A DNA stretch of 64,000 nt from NCBI GenBank assembly GCA_963702475.1, contig CAVPCT010000006.1:32001-96000 (forward strand). The letters are read 5' to 3'. Under the pieces are notes generated by a model. It saw only the letters and a list, made by a program, of their open reading frames with translations, had not been told where the DNA came from and did no database searches. The translations under genes and the position numbers were made by a program. The DNA is from an uncultured Thermoleophilia bacterium. Lineage in GTDB: Bacteria > Actinomycetota > Thermoleophilia > UBA2241. Of the stretch, positions 50,990-60,314 are shown in pieces. Each line of letters opens with the position of its first letter. Within the stretch, counting starts at the first letter, position 1.

Positions 50990-53484
50990 GCCGCCCGTTC
51001 GCGCCCCGCGAGCCGAAGCGCTTTGTCGGCACGTATCGACCCCGCATCGACGCCCTCGAGAAGGCGAGCGGCCGCGCCGAGTATCTGGGCGACGTCGCCC
51101 TCGGCATCAAGCTCCCGGGCATGCTGCATGCGCGCGTGCTCAGGAGCCCCCACCCGCACGCGCGCATCCTCAGCATCGACACCTCACGGGCCGAGGCCCT
51201 GCCCGGCGTGCACTGCGTGCTCACCTACGCCGACCCCGAGGTCGCGGCGCTCAAGCCCACCAACAGCGCCTGGACGAGCATGAACACGGCCGGCTACACG
51301 CAGATGTACTGGCCGAGCCTGCGCGACCGTCGTGTGCTGAGCGACCACGTCACGTGGGTCGGCGACGAAGCCGGCGCCGTGGTAGCCGCCGAGACGGAGG
51401 AGATCGCCGTGGAGGCTCTGCGCCTGCTCGACGTGGAGTGGGAGGAGCTGCCGTTCGCCCTGCGACCGCAGGACGCCCTGGCCGAAGGCGCTCCCGTCAT
51501 CCATCCCGAGATCGACCCGAGCGGCAACCTCTTCCCGGTGGCTAAGGACACACAGGAGGACGTGTTCTACGAACACGGCGACGTGGCCGAGGGGTTCGCA
51601 GACGCGGACGTGATCGTCGAGGTCACCTCGCGCCACCACCGCGCCGATCACGGCTGTCTCGACACGCGCGGCTGCCTGGTGCGTTGGCAGGGCGGCAAAC
51701 TCACCTGCTGGACGAACCTCTACCAGGCCGACCAGACTCGCATGCATATCGCCGAGATGCTGGACATGCCGCTGAACAAGGTCAGGGTCATCTGCCCATA
51801 CCTCGGTGGCTCCTTCGGGCGCGGCAACGTCGGTGACCAGGTGTTCTTCATCTTCACGGCCATCCTCGCACGCCGTACCGGCCGCCCCGTGCGCTTCAAG
51901 CACTCCCGTCGGGAGGACTTCCACGACACGCGGAACGCAGTGGAGTACTGGATGCGGGTGGGCGCGACGTGCGACGGCCGCATGACGGCGCTCGAGACGC
52001 ACGCCCTCGGCGACAGCGGCGCGTATGCCGAGCACACACACGCCGCCGTGAAGATGGTGCTCGAGTTGGATGCGATCGAGGTGCTGCTGCCGCGCATCCC
52101 CGCAGTGCGTCTCAAGGGCCACTCCGTCTACACCAACAGCATCCCGGGCGGCTGTATGAGGGGTATCGGCAACATCCAGTTCAACATGGCCATGGGCCTG
52201 GCCGTGGACGAGCTCGGCGAGCGCCTCGGCATCGACCCGCTCGAGATCGCCGTACACAACTTCAGCCACGAGTGGGAGGAGACGCCTAACGCCAGCCTGC
52301 ACGCGGTGCTCTCCGCCGGCGCCGAGCGCATCGGGTGGAAGCGGAGGGCTGCGCCCGGCGCCGCCGCACCGGGCCCCGACGGCAAGCTTCGCGGCCTCGG
52401 CTTCTCCTTCCACCACGCCTGGCACGCGGCCTGGCAGGAGGAGGCGCGCGGTCGCGTGCAGGTCGGCATCACGCTGAACCCCGACGGTTCGGTCGTGCTC
52501 GACGCACCCCAGGCCGAGACCGGCACCGGTTCCAACACGTGCGCCGTGCTTGCCTGCGCCGAGGCGATGGCGCCCTTCGGCGTGACCCCCGAGGACGTCG
52601 AGTGGGTGGCGAGGGTCGACACCGAGACGGGCCTCAAGGACATGGTGCAGACCGACAGCGCCGTCGCTTACCTGCACGCCGAGGTGATGCACCTGGCCGC
52701 GGCCGACATCCGGACGCAGCTCCGCCGCGCCGCCGCCGCCGTGCTCGGGGTGGACGCGGCGGCCGTCGACCTCCGCGACGGCCTCGTCCTGGTGGACGGT
52801 GCCGAGACCGGCACGAGCGTCAAGGACGTCCTGCGTGCGCCGGACATGCTGCCGCTGCGCGCCATGGCGACGGAGATGCCGCCGCTGCAGAGGACGGGAG
52901 CGCCCTACCTCGCTACCTTCGCTGAGGTGGCCGTCGACCCCGAGACCGGCAAGGTGGACGTGGAGCGACTCATCGTCGTCCATGATGCCGGCACGGTGAT
53001 GTACCCGACCGGCGCCGAGGCGCAGCAGATCGGCGCCCAGGTGCAGGCCGTGGGCGAGGCGCTGTACGAGGAGGTCGTGTACGACGACCTGACGGGCAAG
53101 CCGCTCTCGTTCAACTGGGTCGACTACACAATGCCGACCATGCTCGACATGCCGCAGGTGGAGCCGGTCCTGCTCGAGGTCTGGAAGGGCGCCGGCACCT
53201 ACGGCGCCTGCGGCGTGGGTGAGTCGGCCATCACCTGCACGCCACGCGCCATCCTCAACGCCATCCACAACGCCACCGGCGTGCGCATCAACGAGATCCC
53301 CGCCAAGCCGGAGAGGGTGCTCGAGGCGCTGGCGCGCAAACGCGAAGGGCGGCCGGGGCTCGACGAGGAGCTGACGGCGTCCGTGCGGAGCCGTCTGGCG
53401 GCCGCCGACCGCCTGCGGGCCTCGTCGGGGACCCGTGCCGGCGAATCGACGTCCGCTTTCCCCGCCGCAGAGGTGGGGCCATGA
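50986..53484 (+). CDS. Xanthine dehydrogenase-family molybdopterin-binding subunit
   Basis: RSPHPHARI, LGGSFG, MRGIG, AEVAVDPETG, GVGE. Confidence 0.93.
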   Translation: MSRPFAPREPKRFVGTYRPRIDALEKASGRAEYLGDVALGIKLPGMLHARVLRSPHPHARILSIDTSRAEALPGVHCVLTYADPEVAALKPTNSAWTSMNTAGYTQMYWPSLRDRRVLSDHVTWVGDEAGAVVAAETEEIAVEALRLLDVEWEELPFALRPQDALAEGAPVIHPEIDPSGNLFPVAKDTQEDVFYEHGDVAEGFADADVIVEVTSRHHRADHGCLDTRGCLVRWQGGKLTCWTNLYQADQTRMHIAEMLDMPLNKVRVICPYLGGSFGRGNVGDQVFFIFTAILARRTGRPVRFKHSRREDFHDTRNAVEYWMRVGATCDGRMTALETHALGDSGAYAEHTHAAVKMVLELDAIEVLLPRIPAVRLKGHSVYTNSIPGGCMRGIGNIQFNMAMGLAVDELGERLGIDPLEIAVHNFSHEWEETPNASLHAVLSAGAERIGWKRRAAPGAAAPGPDGKLRGLGFSFHHAWHAAWQEEARGRVQVGITLNPDGSVVLDAPQAETGTGSNTCAVLACAEAMAPFGVTPEDVEWVARVDTETGLKDMVQTDSAVAYLHAEVMHLAAADIRTQLRRAAAAVLGVDAAAVDLRDGLVLVDGAETGTSVKDVLRAPDMLPLRAMATEMPPLQRTGAPYLATFAEVAVDPETGKVDVERLIVVHDAGTVMYPTGAEAQQIGAQVQAVGEALYEEVVYDDLTGKPLSFNWVDYTMPTMLDMPQVEPVLLEVWKGAGTYGACGVGESAITCTPRAILNAIHNATGVRINEIPAKPERVLEALARKREGRPGLDEELTASVRSRLAAADRLRASSGTRAGESTSAFPAAEVGP

Positions 53485-55937
53485 CCTTCACCCACCATTC
53501 CGCCGTGACGGTCGACCACGCCGCGGAGCTGCTCTCCACGTGCGGCGACGGTGCCCGCCTCGTGGCGGGCGGCACCGACGTGCTCGGCGTCGTCAAGGAC
53601 CGCGTGCACTCGCAGGGTCCATCGGCCCTCATCGACCTCAAGCGCGTACCCGGCTTGGACGGCATCGAGGAGCGCGAGGGCGGCCTCGTCCTCGGCAGCA
53701 TGGTACGGCTGTGTGAGATCGAGCGACACCCTCTCGTGCGCGAGGGCTACCCTGCCCTCGCCGCGGCCGCTCACGCCGCGGCCTCGCCTCAGCTGCGCGC
53801 GATGGGCACTCTGGGCGGCAACCTCTGCCAGGAGCCGCGCTGCTGGTACTACCGCGCCGCCGATGACAGCTTCCACTGCACGCGCAAGGGCGGACGCTAC
53901 TGCAACGCCTTCACCGGGGACAGCCGCTATCACTCCGTGGCCGGCTCAATGAAGGTGATCACGCGACCCTGCACCGCCGCCTGCCCCGGCGAGGTGGAGA
54001 TCCCCGAGTACCTCGAGCTGCTGCGCGCCGGGGACGCGGACGGCGCGGCGCGGCGCCTGCTCGCGCGCAACGCGCTGCCGGCGGTGACTGGTCGCGTGTG
54101 CCCGCACGCGTGCGAGGGCGACTGCAACCGTGGTCTCTTCGATGAGGCCGTCTCCATCCGCGAGGTGGAGCGGCACCTCGGCGACCGTGTGCTCGAGTGC
54201 GTCGAGCTTCTGGGCGAGCCGGCGCCGCCGTCTGGCCGACGCGTGGCCGTGGTGGGCTCAGGGCCCGCCGGTCTCTCGGCGGCGTACTACCTGCGGTTAC
54301 ACGGTCACGGCGTCACCGTGTTCGAGCGCGCCGACCGACCGGGCGGCATGCTGCGTTACGGCATCCCTGAGTACCGCCTGCCGCGGGAGGTGCTTGAGCG
54401 CACCATCTCGTCGCTCGAGGGCCTCGGCGTGGAGATTCGCACCTGCATGTCCTTGGGGAGCTCGCTGGACCTGGGCGCCCTCCGCGCCGAGTTCGACCGC
54501 GTGTTCATCGGCATCGGGGCTTGGGGCCTGCCGCGCATCGGGCTCGAGACGGAGGATGAGCTGCTCGCCGGCCTCGAGTTCCTCTCGGCTGTAGCCGAGG
54601 GCGAGCGGCGGGTGCCGGGTCCCCGCGTACTCGTCATCGGGGGCGGCAGTGTGGCCATGGACGTGGCCGTCACGGCACGGCGCCTCGGCGCCGAGCAGGT
54701 CACGGTCGCCTGCCTCGAGACCTGCGAGGAGATGCCCGCCCTGCTGGAGGAGCTGGAAGGCGCAGTGGCCGAGGGCATCGAGCTGGTGCCGTCCTGCGGC
54801 CCGTCCAGGGTGCTGCGCCGCGATGCGCGCGTGACCGGCATGGAGCTCGTGCGCTGCACTTCGGTGTTCGACGAACAAGCGTGCTTCGCGCCGACCTTCG
54901 ACGAGAGCAGCCGTTTTGTCATTGAGGCCGACGAGGTGATTCTCGCCGTTGGCCAGCGCGTACAGGGGGACTTGCTTGCGGCCGCCGGTCTGCAGCCGGA
55001 GGGCGGCCGCCTGCTGGCCGACCCCGTCACGCAGCGCACTACGGCCGACGATGTGTACGCCGGCGGCGATGTAGCGACAGGACCGTCCACCGTGATCGCC
55101 GCCATCGGCGCCGGCCGGCGAGCGGCCGAAGCGATCCATGGCGATCTCAGACGTGAGACTGACGGCCGCTGGCACAGCACCCCCGCCCCCGGATCGGCTT
55201 GCCGCGGCGTCGACCCCGACACCGACGACGAGCACTGCTTCCAGCCCTTCGACCCCTCGTGCGCAAGCCCCTTGCCACGCTACGACCCCGCTCTCGTTCC
55301 GCCAGAGGATCGCTCCATCTGCGACGAGGATACCTGCACCGTCGGGGAGCCTGTCGCGCTTGCTGAAGCTGGGCGCTGCTTCAACTGCGGCTGCATCGCC
55401 GTCAGCGCTTCCGACCTCGCGCCGGTCCTTGTCGCGCTCGACGCGAGCGTGGTCACCACCGAGCGCGAGATCGCCGCTGCCGATTTCTTCGCCGTCGGCC
55501 CGACAACGTCGACGGTGCTGCGCCCCGGAGAGGTGGCCCTCGAGGTGCGCCTGCCGGCGCCGAACGCTACACGAGCCGCCTACGAGAAGTATCGCTTGCG
55601 CAACGCGATTGACTTCCCCATCATCTCGGCCGCCGTTGCGCTGCGCGTCGAAGAGAGGAGGGTGGCAGACGCTCGCGTCGTCCTTGGGGCGGCCGCGCCG
55701 GTGCCCCTGCGCGCAGCCGCGATTGAGGACGCTCTCCGTGGGCTCGACGTCTCTCCTGAGGAATTGGCCCAGGCGGCTCGGGTGGCGGCGGCTGAGTGGG
55801 CGGCCGCCTGCGCGCCGCTCCCGGCCAACGCGTACAAGCTGACGATCGCCGCGGCCGTGGTAGCGCGTGCGACGGAACGAGCGGCGCTCCTGCACGATTC
55901 GTCCGGAGCCCTCCCCATGTCGGGCGCAGAGCGGTGA
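53481..55937 (+). CDS. XDH-family FAD subunit (HcrB/PaoB-like, [4Fe-4S]) with an internal GltD-like FeS/FAD module
   Basis: AGGTD, TLGGNLCQEPRCWYYR; insert PCTAACP..GRVCP..GSGPAG..GGGSVAMD..AGGD..EAGRCFNC; resumes CIAVSASD..KYRLRNAIDF. Confidence 0.88.
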   Translation: MTFTHHSAVTVDHAAELLSTCGDGARLVAGGTDVLGVVKDRVHSQGPSALIDLKRVPGLDGIEEREGGLVLGSMVRLCEIERHPLVREGYPALAAAAHAAASPQLRAMGTLGGNLCQEPRCWYYRAADDSFHCTRKGGRYCNAFTGDSRYHSVAGSMKVITRPCTAACPGEVEIPEYLELLRAGDADGAARRLLARNALPAVTGRVCPHACEGDCNRGLFDEAVSIREVERHLGDRVLECVELLGEPAPPSGRRVAVVGSGPAGLSAAYYLRLHGHGVTVFERADRPGGMLRYGIPEYRLPREVLERTISSLEGLGVEIRTCMSLGSSLDLGALRAEFDRVFIGIGAWGLPRIGLETEDELLAGLEFLSAVAEGERRVPGPRVLVIGGGSVAMDVAVTARRLGAEQVTVACLETCEEMPALLEELEGAVAEGIELVPSCGPSRVLRRDARVTGMELVRCTSVFDEQACFAPTFDESSRFVIEADEVILAVGQRVQGDLLAAAGLQPEGGRLLADPVTQRTTADDVYAGGDVATGPSTVIAAIGAGRRAAEAIHGDLRRETDGRWHSTPAPGSACRGVDPDTDDEHCFQPFDPSCASPLPRYDPALVPPEDRSICDEDTCTVGEPVALAEAGRCFNCGCIAVSASDLAPVLVALDASVVTTEREIAAADFFAVGPTTSTVLRPGEVALEVRLPAPNATRAAYEKYRLRNAIDFPIISAAVALRVEERRVADARVVLGAAAPVPLRAAAIEDALRGLDVSPEELAQAARVAAAEWAAACAPLPANAYKLTIAAAVVARATERAALLHDSSGALPMSGAER

Positions 55938-57772
55938 GCGCGCCACGGGGCCTCTCACCGGCGCGGGGTCTGAGGGTCGACGTCGGATCGGGACGCGCCG
56001 AGCGTGAGGAGCTGGACCCGGAGGTTGTGAGGAGCTTCCTCGGTGGTCGCGGTTTCGGCGCCTACCTGCTGCTGCGCGAGCGGGCACACGAGGTGGACCC
56101 GCTCTCTCCCGAGAACCCGTTGATCTTCGCGCCCGGGCCGCTGACCGGCACGAGGGCGCCCTCTGCCGGCCGCTACAGCGCCAGCGCCCGGTCGCCGCTC
56201 ACCGGGACGGCCTTCGATGGGAACTCCGGCGGCGCGTTCGGAATCGCCCTGCGCCGCCTCGGCCTCGAGTACCTCATTCTCACCGGCGCCTGCGACACGC
56301 CGTCCTACCTCGTGATCGACGAGCACGGCGCGAAGGTGCTCTCGGCGAAGGCACTGTGGGGTCTCGAGGTGCCGGCCGCCCACGCTCGCATCAAGGAGCT
56401 TCACGGTCGCTGTGAGGCCAGCGTGATCGGGCCGGCCGGGGAGCGAGGCGTGCTGTTCGCCTCCATCGTCAACAACCACGGACGCCATCTGGGTCGCGGC
56501 GGGTTGGGCACGGTCATGGGCGCGAAGCGCCTCAAGGCGATCGTGGCGCTGCCCGGCGAGCATCCACTGCCCGCGCCGGCCGACCCTGAGCTTTTCGACT
56601 TCGTCGTCTACGAGGCGCAGAAGATCCTCAGAGCGAACCCGATCACGAGTCAGGCTCTGCCCCAGTTCGGGACGCCGGTTCTGGTCAACGTGCTCAACGA
56701 GGCCGGAGCGCTGCCCACCCGCAACTTCCGCGAATCGCGCTTCGAGCACGCTCAGTCGGTCAGCGGCGAGGCGCTGCGCGCGGGCTTCGTGGAGAAGCGA
56801 ACGAGCTGCTCCGGGTGTTTCATCGGCTGCACCCGCCGCACGCGCAGCAGCACGAGTCGGGGCGAGGGACCGGAGTACGAGACCATATGGGCCTTCGGCC
56901 CGGCTTGCGGCGTGGGCGACCTTGACGCAATCGTCCGCGCCAACTACGCCTGCAACCGGGCCGGCATCGACACCATCTCCATGGGCTCGACCATCGCGTG
57001 TGCCATGGAACTGACAGAGCTGGGAGTGCTGGAGGGCGGCCCGCGGTTCGGCGACGGGGAGGCGCTGCTGCGTCTCGTCGCCGAGACGGCGGAGCGGCGC
57101 GATCTGGGGGCGGAGCTGGGCGACGGATCGTCACGGTTCGCGCGCCGCTACGGACATCCGGAACTCTCCATGAGCGTGAAGTCCCTCGAAATGCCTGCCT
57201 ACGACCCCCGAGCGATGAGTGGTCAGGGTCTCGCGTTCGCCACGTCGAACCGTGGAGCGTGTCACCTTCGCGCAAACATGCTGGGCCCGGAAGTCCTGGG
57301 CGTGCCCAAGATGATCGATCCGTTCGCGACCCGAGGTAAGGCGGGCCTGCTCATCTACATCCAGCATCTCAACGCCGTGCTCGACTCCCTCGTCGAATGC
57401 AAGTTCACAGCGTTCGCGATCAAGGAGGACTACTTCGCGAGGCTGCTGAGCGCAATGTGGGGCGTCACAGTCGATCCGCAGGAGCTCGTGCGCATCGGCG
57501 AACGCATCTGGCATGCGGAGCGCGTGTTCAACATGCGCGTCGGCTTCGGACGCGCCGACGACACGCTGCCGCCGAGATTGCTCACTGAGCCCGTCTGCGA
57601 CGGTCCAGCCGCGGGACGGGTCGTCGACCTTGAACCCATGCTCGATGAGTACTACACGGCGCGGGGATGGGATGCGGAGGGCGTGCCGGCGGCCCGGAAG
57701 CTTGAAGAGCTGGACCTCGCGTGGGCGGGCACGCCACGTGGCGCCGCGCCGGGGGCAAGGGGGTCCTCGTGA
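55934..57772 (+). CDS. Aldehyde:ferredoxin oxidoreductase (W/Mo AOR family)
   Basis: FLGGRG, SPLTG, GRGGLG, CSGCFIGC, GPEYET, DTIS, YDPR, RGACH. Confidence 0.93.
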   Translation: MSAPRGLSPARGLRVDVGSGRAEREELDPEVVRSFLGGRGFGAYLLLRERAHEVDPLSPENPLIFAPGPLTGTRAPSAGRYSASARSPLTGTAFDGNSGGAFGIALRRLGLEYLILTGACDTPSYLVIDEHGAKVLSAKALWGLEVPAAHARIKELHGRCEASVIGPAGERGVLFASIVNNHGRHLGRGGLGTVMGAKRLKAIVALPGEHPLPAPADPELFDFVVYEAQKILRANPITSQALPQFGTPVLVNVLNEAGALPTRNFRESRFEHAQSVSGEALRAGFVEKRTSCSGCFIGCTRRTRSSTSRGEGPEYETIWAFGPACGVGDLDAIVRANYACNRAGIDTISMGSTIACAMELTELGVLEGGPRFGDGEALLRLVAETAERRDLGAELGDGSSRFARRYGHPELSMSVKSLEMPAYDPRAMSGQGLAFATSNRGACHLRANMLGPEVLGVPKMIDPFATRGKAGLLIYIQHLNAVLDSLVECKFTAFAIKEDYFARLLSAMWGVTVDPQELVRIGERIWHAERVFNMRVGFGRADDTLPPRLLTEPVCDGPAAGRVVDLEPMLDEYYTARGWDAEGVPAARKLEELDLAWAGTPRGAAPGARGSS

Positions 57773-58365
57773 TTGCCGAGTTCGCGCGCATCGGCCGGGA
57801 CCTCTTCGCGGCGAACCTGATCAGTTCACACGGCGGCAACATGAGCATCAGGGTCGGTAGCCGCATCCTCATAACGCGGCGTGGCTGCATGCTGCACCAC
57901 CTGCAGGAACGCGACATCGTAGAGGTGGGGCTGGAAGAGGTAGACTCGGGCGTGGCCATGGCATCGACTGAGACGGTCGTGCACAGGGCCATCTACCAAG
58001 CGACTTCTGCGCTTGCGATCCTCCACGCGCATCCCGTCAACGCGATCGTGCACTCACTGAGCAAGGATGAGATCGTGCCTATCGACTCGGAGGGGAGCTA
58101 CCTTCTGCACCGCGTGCCGGTCGTCGCCTCGGAGCTCACGGCAGGCTCCACGCAAGTGGCCGATCTCATGGCGCATTGGCTCAAGCAATACGACATTGTC
58201 ATGCTGCGCGGACACGGATCGTTCGCGGTCGGTCATCTGCTCGAGGAGGCGTTTCAGTTGACGAGCGCGCTGGAGACGTCGTGCTCGATTCTGACCATCG
58301 CGGAGGGCTTGGGCGTCAGCGTCAAGGAGTACAGGAAGGGCAGCGAGCGGTACCGCAGCTGGTAG
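57769..58365 (+). CDS. Class II aldolase/adducin family (fuculose-phosphate aldolase-like)
   Basis: GGNMS, ASTE..VH, HAHP, RGHG. Confidence 0.88.
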   Translation: MIAEFARIGRDLFAANLISSHGGNMSIRVGSRILITRRGCMLHHLQERDIVEVGLEEVDSGVAMASTETVVHRAIYQATSALAILHAHPVNAIVHSLSKDEIVPIDSEGSYLLHRVPVVASELTAGSTQVADLMAHWLKQYDIVMLRGHGSFAVGHLLEEAFQLTSALETSCSILTIAEGLGVSVKEYRKGSERYRSW

Positions 58366-58490
58366 GAAGTCGGCATGCGGCCAGCGGTGGCGGCGTACCG
58401 GCCCTCGCGGGGGCGTGGCCCGCAGGCGGCCGCGGCCCAGGCGGCGCAGCACCGCAGAAGCTCGAACGCGTGGCGCCTGTCAGTCAGGCG

Positions 58491-58772
58491 CTCCCGGTCC
58501 TGTCCGCGGCCGTCGACCTTAGTGTCGAGGACGGCCGCGTCGCGGACGCCCGGGTGGTGCTGGGGGCGGCCGCGCCGGTGCCGTTGCGCGCGGAGGTGGT
58601 GGAGCAGGCCCTGTGCGGACTGGAGGTGAGCGCCGAGACGCTGGGCGCGGCGGCGCGGGCGGCGGCGGCGCGGTGGGCCGCCGCCTGCACGCCCCTCCCG
58701 GCGAACGCCTACAAGGTCAAGGTGGCGGCGGCGCTGCTGGCGCGCGCCGTGGAACGGGCCGCGCGCGCCTGA
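58491..58772 (+). pseudogene. C-terminal remnant of an XDH-family FAD subunit
   Basis: PVLSAAV..RVADARVVLGAAAPVPLRA..WAAACTPLPANAYKV, clearly paralogous to ~55614-55890. Confidence 0.82.
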
Positions 58773-58779
58773 CCACACG

Positions 58780-59124
58780 TCAGAAGCTCAGGATCCACAG
58801 CGCCTGGTAGACGACCACGGCGGCGAAGATGCCCGCGAGCAGCACCGCCGCGAAAAGGGCCACGCGGTGGCGCCTCAGGCGCCACAGGAGAAGCGTGCCC
58901 ACGGTGACGATGCCGATCTTGAACGCCGTCGACGGCACGGTCCCCGAGCGGAAGAAGTAGTCCATCACCCCGTTGGACTCCTTGGCGAAGCCGAGCCAGA
59001 GCGCATACCGCGTCAGCAGCAGGTCGGCGACGTTGAGGACCCAGAGCTCCACGAGCGTCCACAGAAGGACGGCCTGTCCGAACGGACCGAGGAGCGGCGC
59101 ATGACGGCGCCTCCAGCCGGCCAT
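58780..59124 (-). CDS. Small membrane protein (DUF5658-like)
   Basis: LNVADLLLT..ESNGVM..FK motif, hydrophobic helices. Confidence 0.65.
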   Translation of the reverse strand: MAGWRRRHAPLLGPFGQAVLLWTLVELWVLNVADLLLTRYALWLGFAKESNGVMDYFFRSGTVPSTAFKIGIVTVGTLLLWRLRRHRVALFAAVLLAGIFAAVVVYQALWILSF

Positions 59125-60314
59125 CACTCGGCCCCCGTCGTGTGGCGATGGACGGCGGCCGGCGAGCGCCCGCTCGAGACGGCGGGCGACGCGGCGGCGG
59201 ACGTGACGAGAGCGCCGGCGGACGCAGTCGGGCCGGCAGTCACCTCGGCCGTCTGCAGGTAGCTGTCGAACAGGAAACCGGGGCTCACACGCCAGGCGGC
59301 GACGGCCCCGCTCGCGTAGACGTCGGTCGGCGGCGCGCCCGAGAGGATGGCCACCACGAACGGCGCCCTCTCGCTCAGCCGCACCCCCAGTACGCGCGGC
59401 TCTCCTGCCGGCGGGCTCTCGGCCCACACGACGAGGTCGCCTCCGCCGGCCACGCAGAGGACGCCGGCGGTGGACGCGAGCACGTGGGTGGCGCCGGTGT
59501 CCACGTCGAACGCGACGATCTGGCCCGGCGTGCCGGGCCCGGCGTCGCGCGCCCAGACGAGGCGGCGGCCGGCGACGGCGAAGCCCACCAGCCGGGTGCC
59601 GCTCCCGGCCGTGTACGGCGCCATCTGTCGCCGGGCTCCGGAGCGCACATCGGCCACGGTGATGACCGGCGGCTCGGCGGTGGCGGGCCGGCTCAGCCAC
59701 GCCGCCAGATCGCCGCCGGCGACGAGGTCCTCCGCCACGGGGCTCTCAGCGATGACCCTGCGCTCGCCGCTGTCGAGATCGGCGCCCACGATGCGGTACC
59801 CGCCTCCCTGCCCCAGCCCGGTCGCCCAGACGGCGACGGAGCCGGCCAGCACCGGCGAGCGCCCGACGCCCTCCGTCCCCTCGAGCTGCACGCGGCGCTT
59901 GCTCACGGTGTCGTAGACCCACACCACGCTGGGGCCCTGGTAGTGCACGTCCAACCACGTGACGTACCGGGCCGCTATCGACGGTGCTGAGAGGTCGCCG
60001 GCGAACGCCCGGGCTCCGAGCAGCTTGCTGTCGCCGCCGGCGAGGTCGGTGAGGACGGTGAAGGGGCCCGCGTTCCAGACGATGTGGCCGGGCCCCAGAG
60101 CCGCGGCGCCGAGCCCGAGCCCGTGCGACGTGCTGATGCGCCAACCGTCACCCGTCGTGATCACCTGCGGCCGCCACGTCACGCGCGTCTGCTCGAGGGC
60201 GAAGCCGGCGGCGCCCACGGCCGCTCCCACGGCCAGCACCGCGAGGGAGACGATGAGGGCGCGCAGGCGCGACACCCGCCGCCCGGGCGCCGGGCTGCTC
60301 AGCTCGTCCGGCAC
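59124..60314 (-). CDS. Hypothetical membrane-anchored extracellular protein (beta-propeller-like repeats)
   Basis: N-terminal TM; repeated G..xVW...I..xDx.(S/T)G units. Confidence 0.55.
   Translation of the reverse strand: MPDELSSPAPGRRVSRLRALIVSLAVLAVGAAVGAAGFALEQTRVTWRPQVITTGDGWRISTSHGLGLGAAALGPGHIVWNAGPFTVLTDLAGGDSKLLGARAFAGDLSAPSIAARYVTWLDVHYQGPSVVWVYDTVSKRRVQLEGTEGVGRSPVLAGSVAVWATGLGQGGGYRIVGADLDSGERRVIAESPVAEDLVAGGDLAAWLSRPATAEPPVITVADVRSGARRQMAPYTAGSGTRLVGFAVAGRRLVWARDAGPGTPGQIVAFDVDTGATHVLASTAGVLCVAGGGDLVVWAESPPAGEPRVLGVRLSERAPFVVAILSGAPPTDVYASGAVAAWRVSPGFLFDSYLQTAEVTAGPTASAGALVTSAAASPAVSSGRSPAAVHRHTTGAE

Noticed and set aside
832-53268. Long antisense and alternative-frame ORFs (e.g. 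15578..18277, 8405..10657, 51184..53268)
   Set aside because: Shadow ORFs expected at high GC; they lack motifs and overlap well-supported genes
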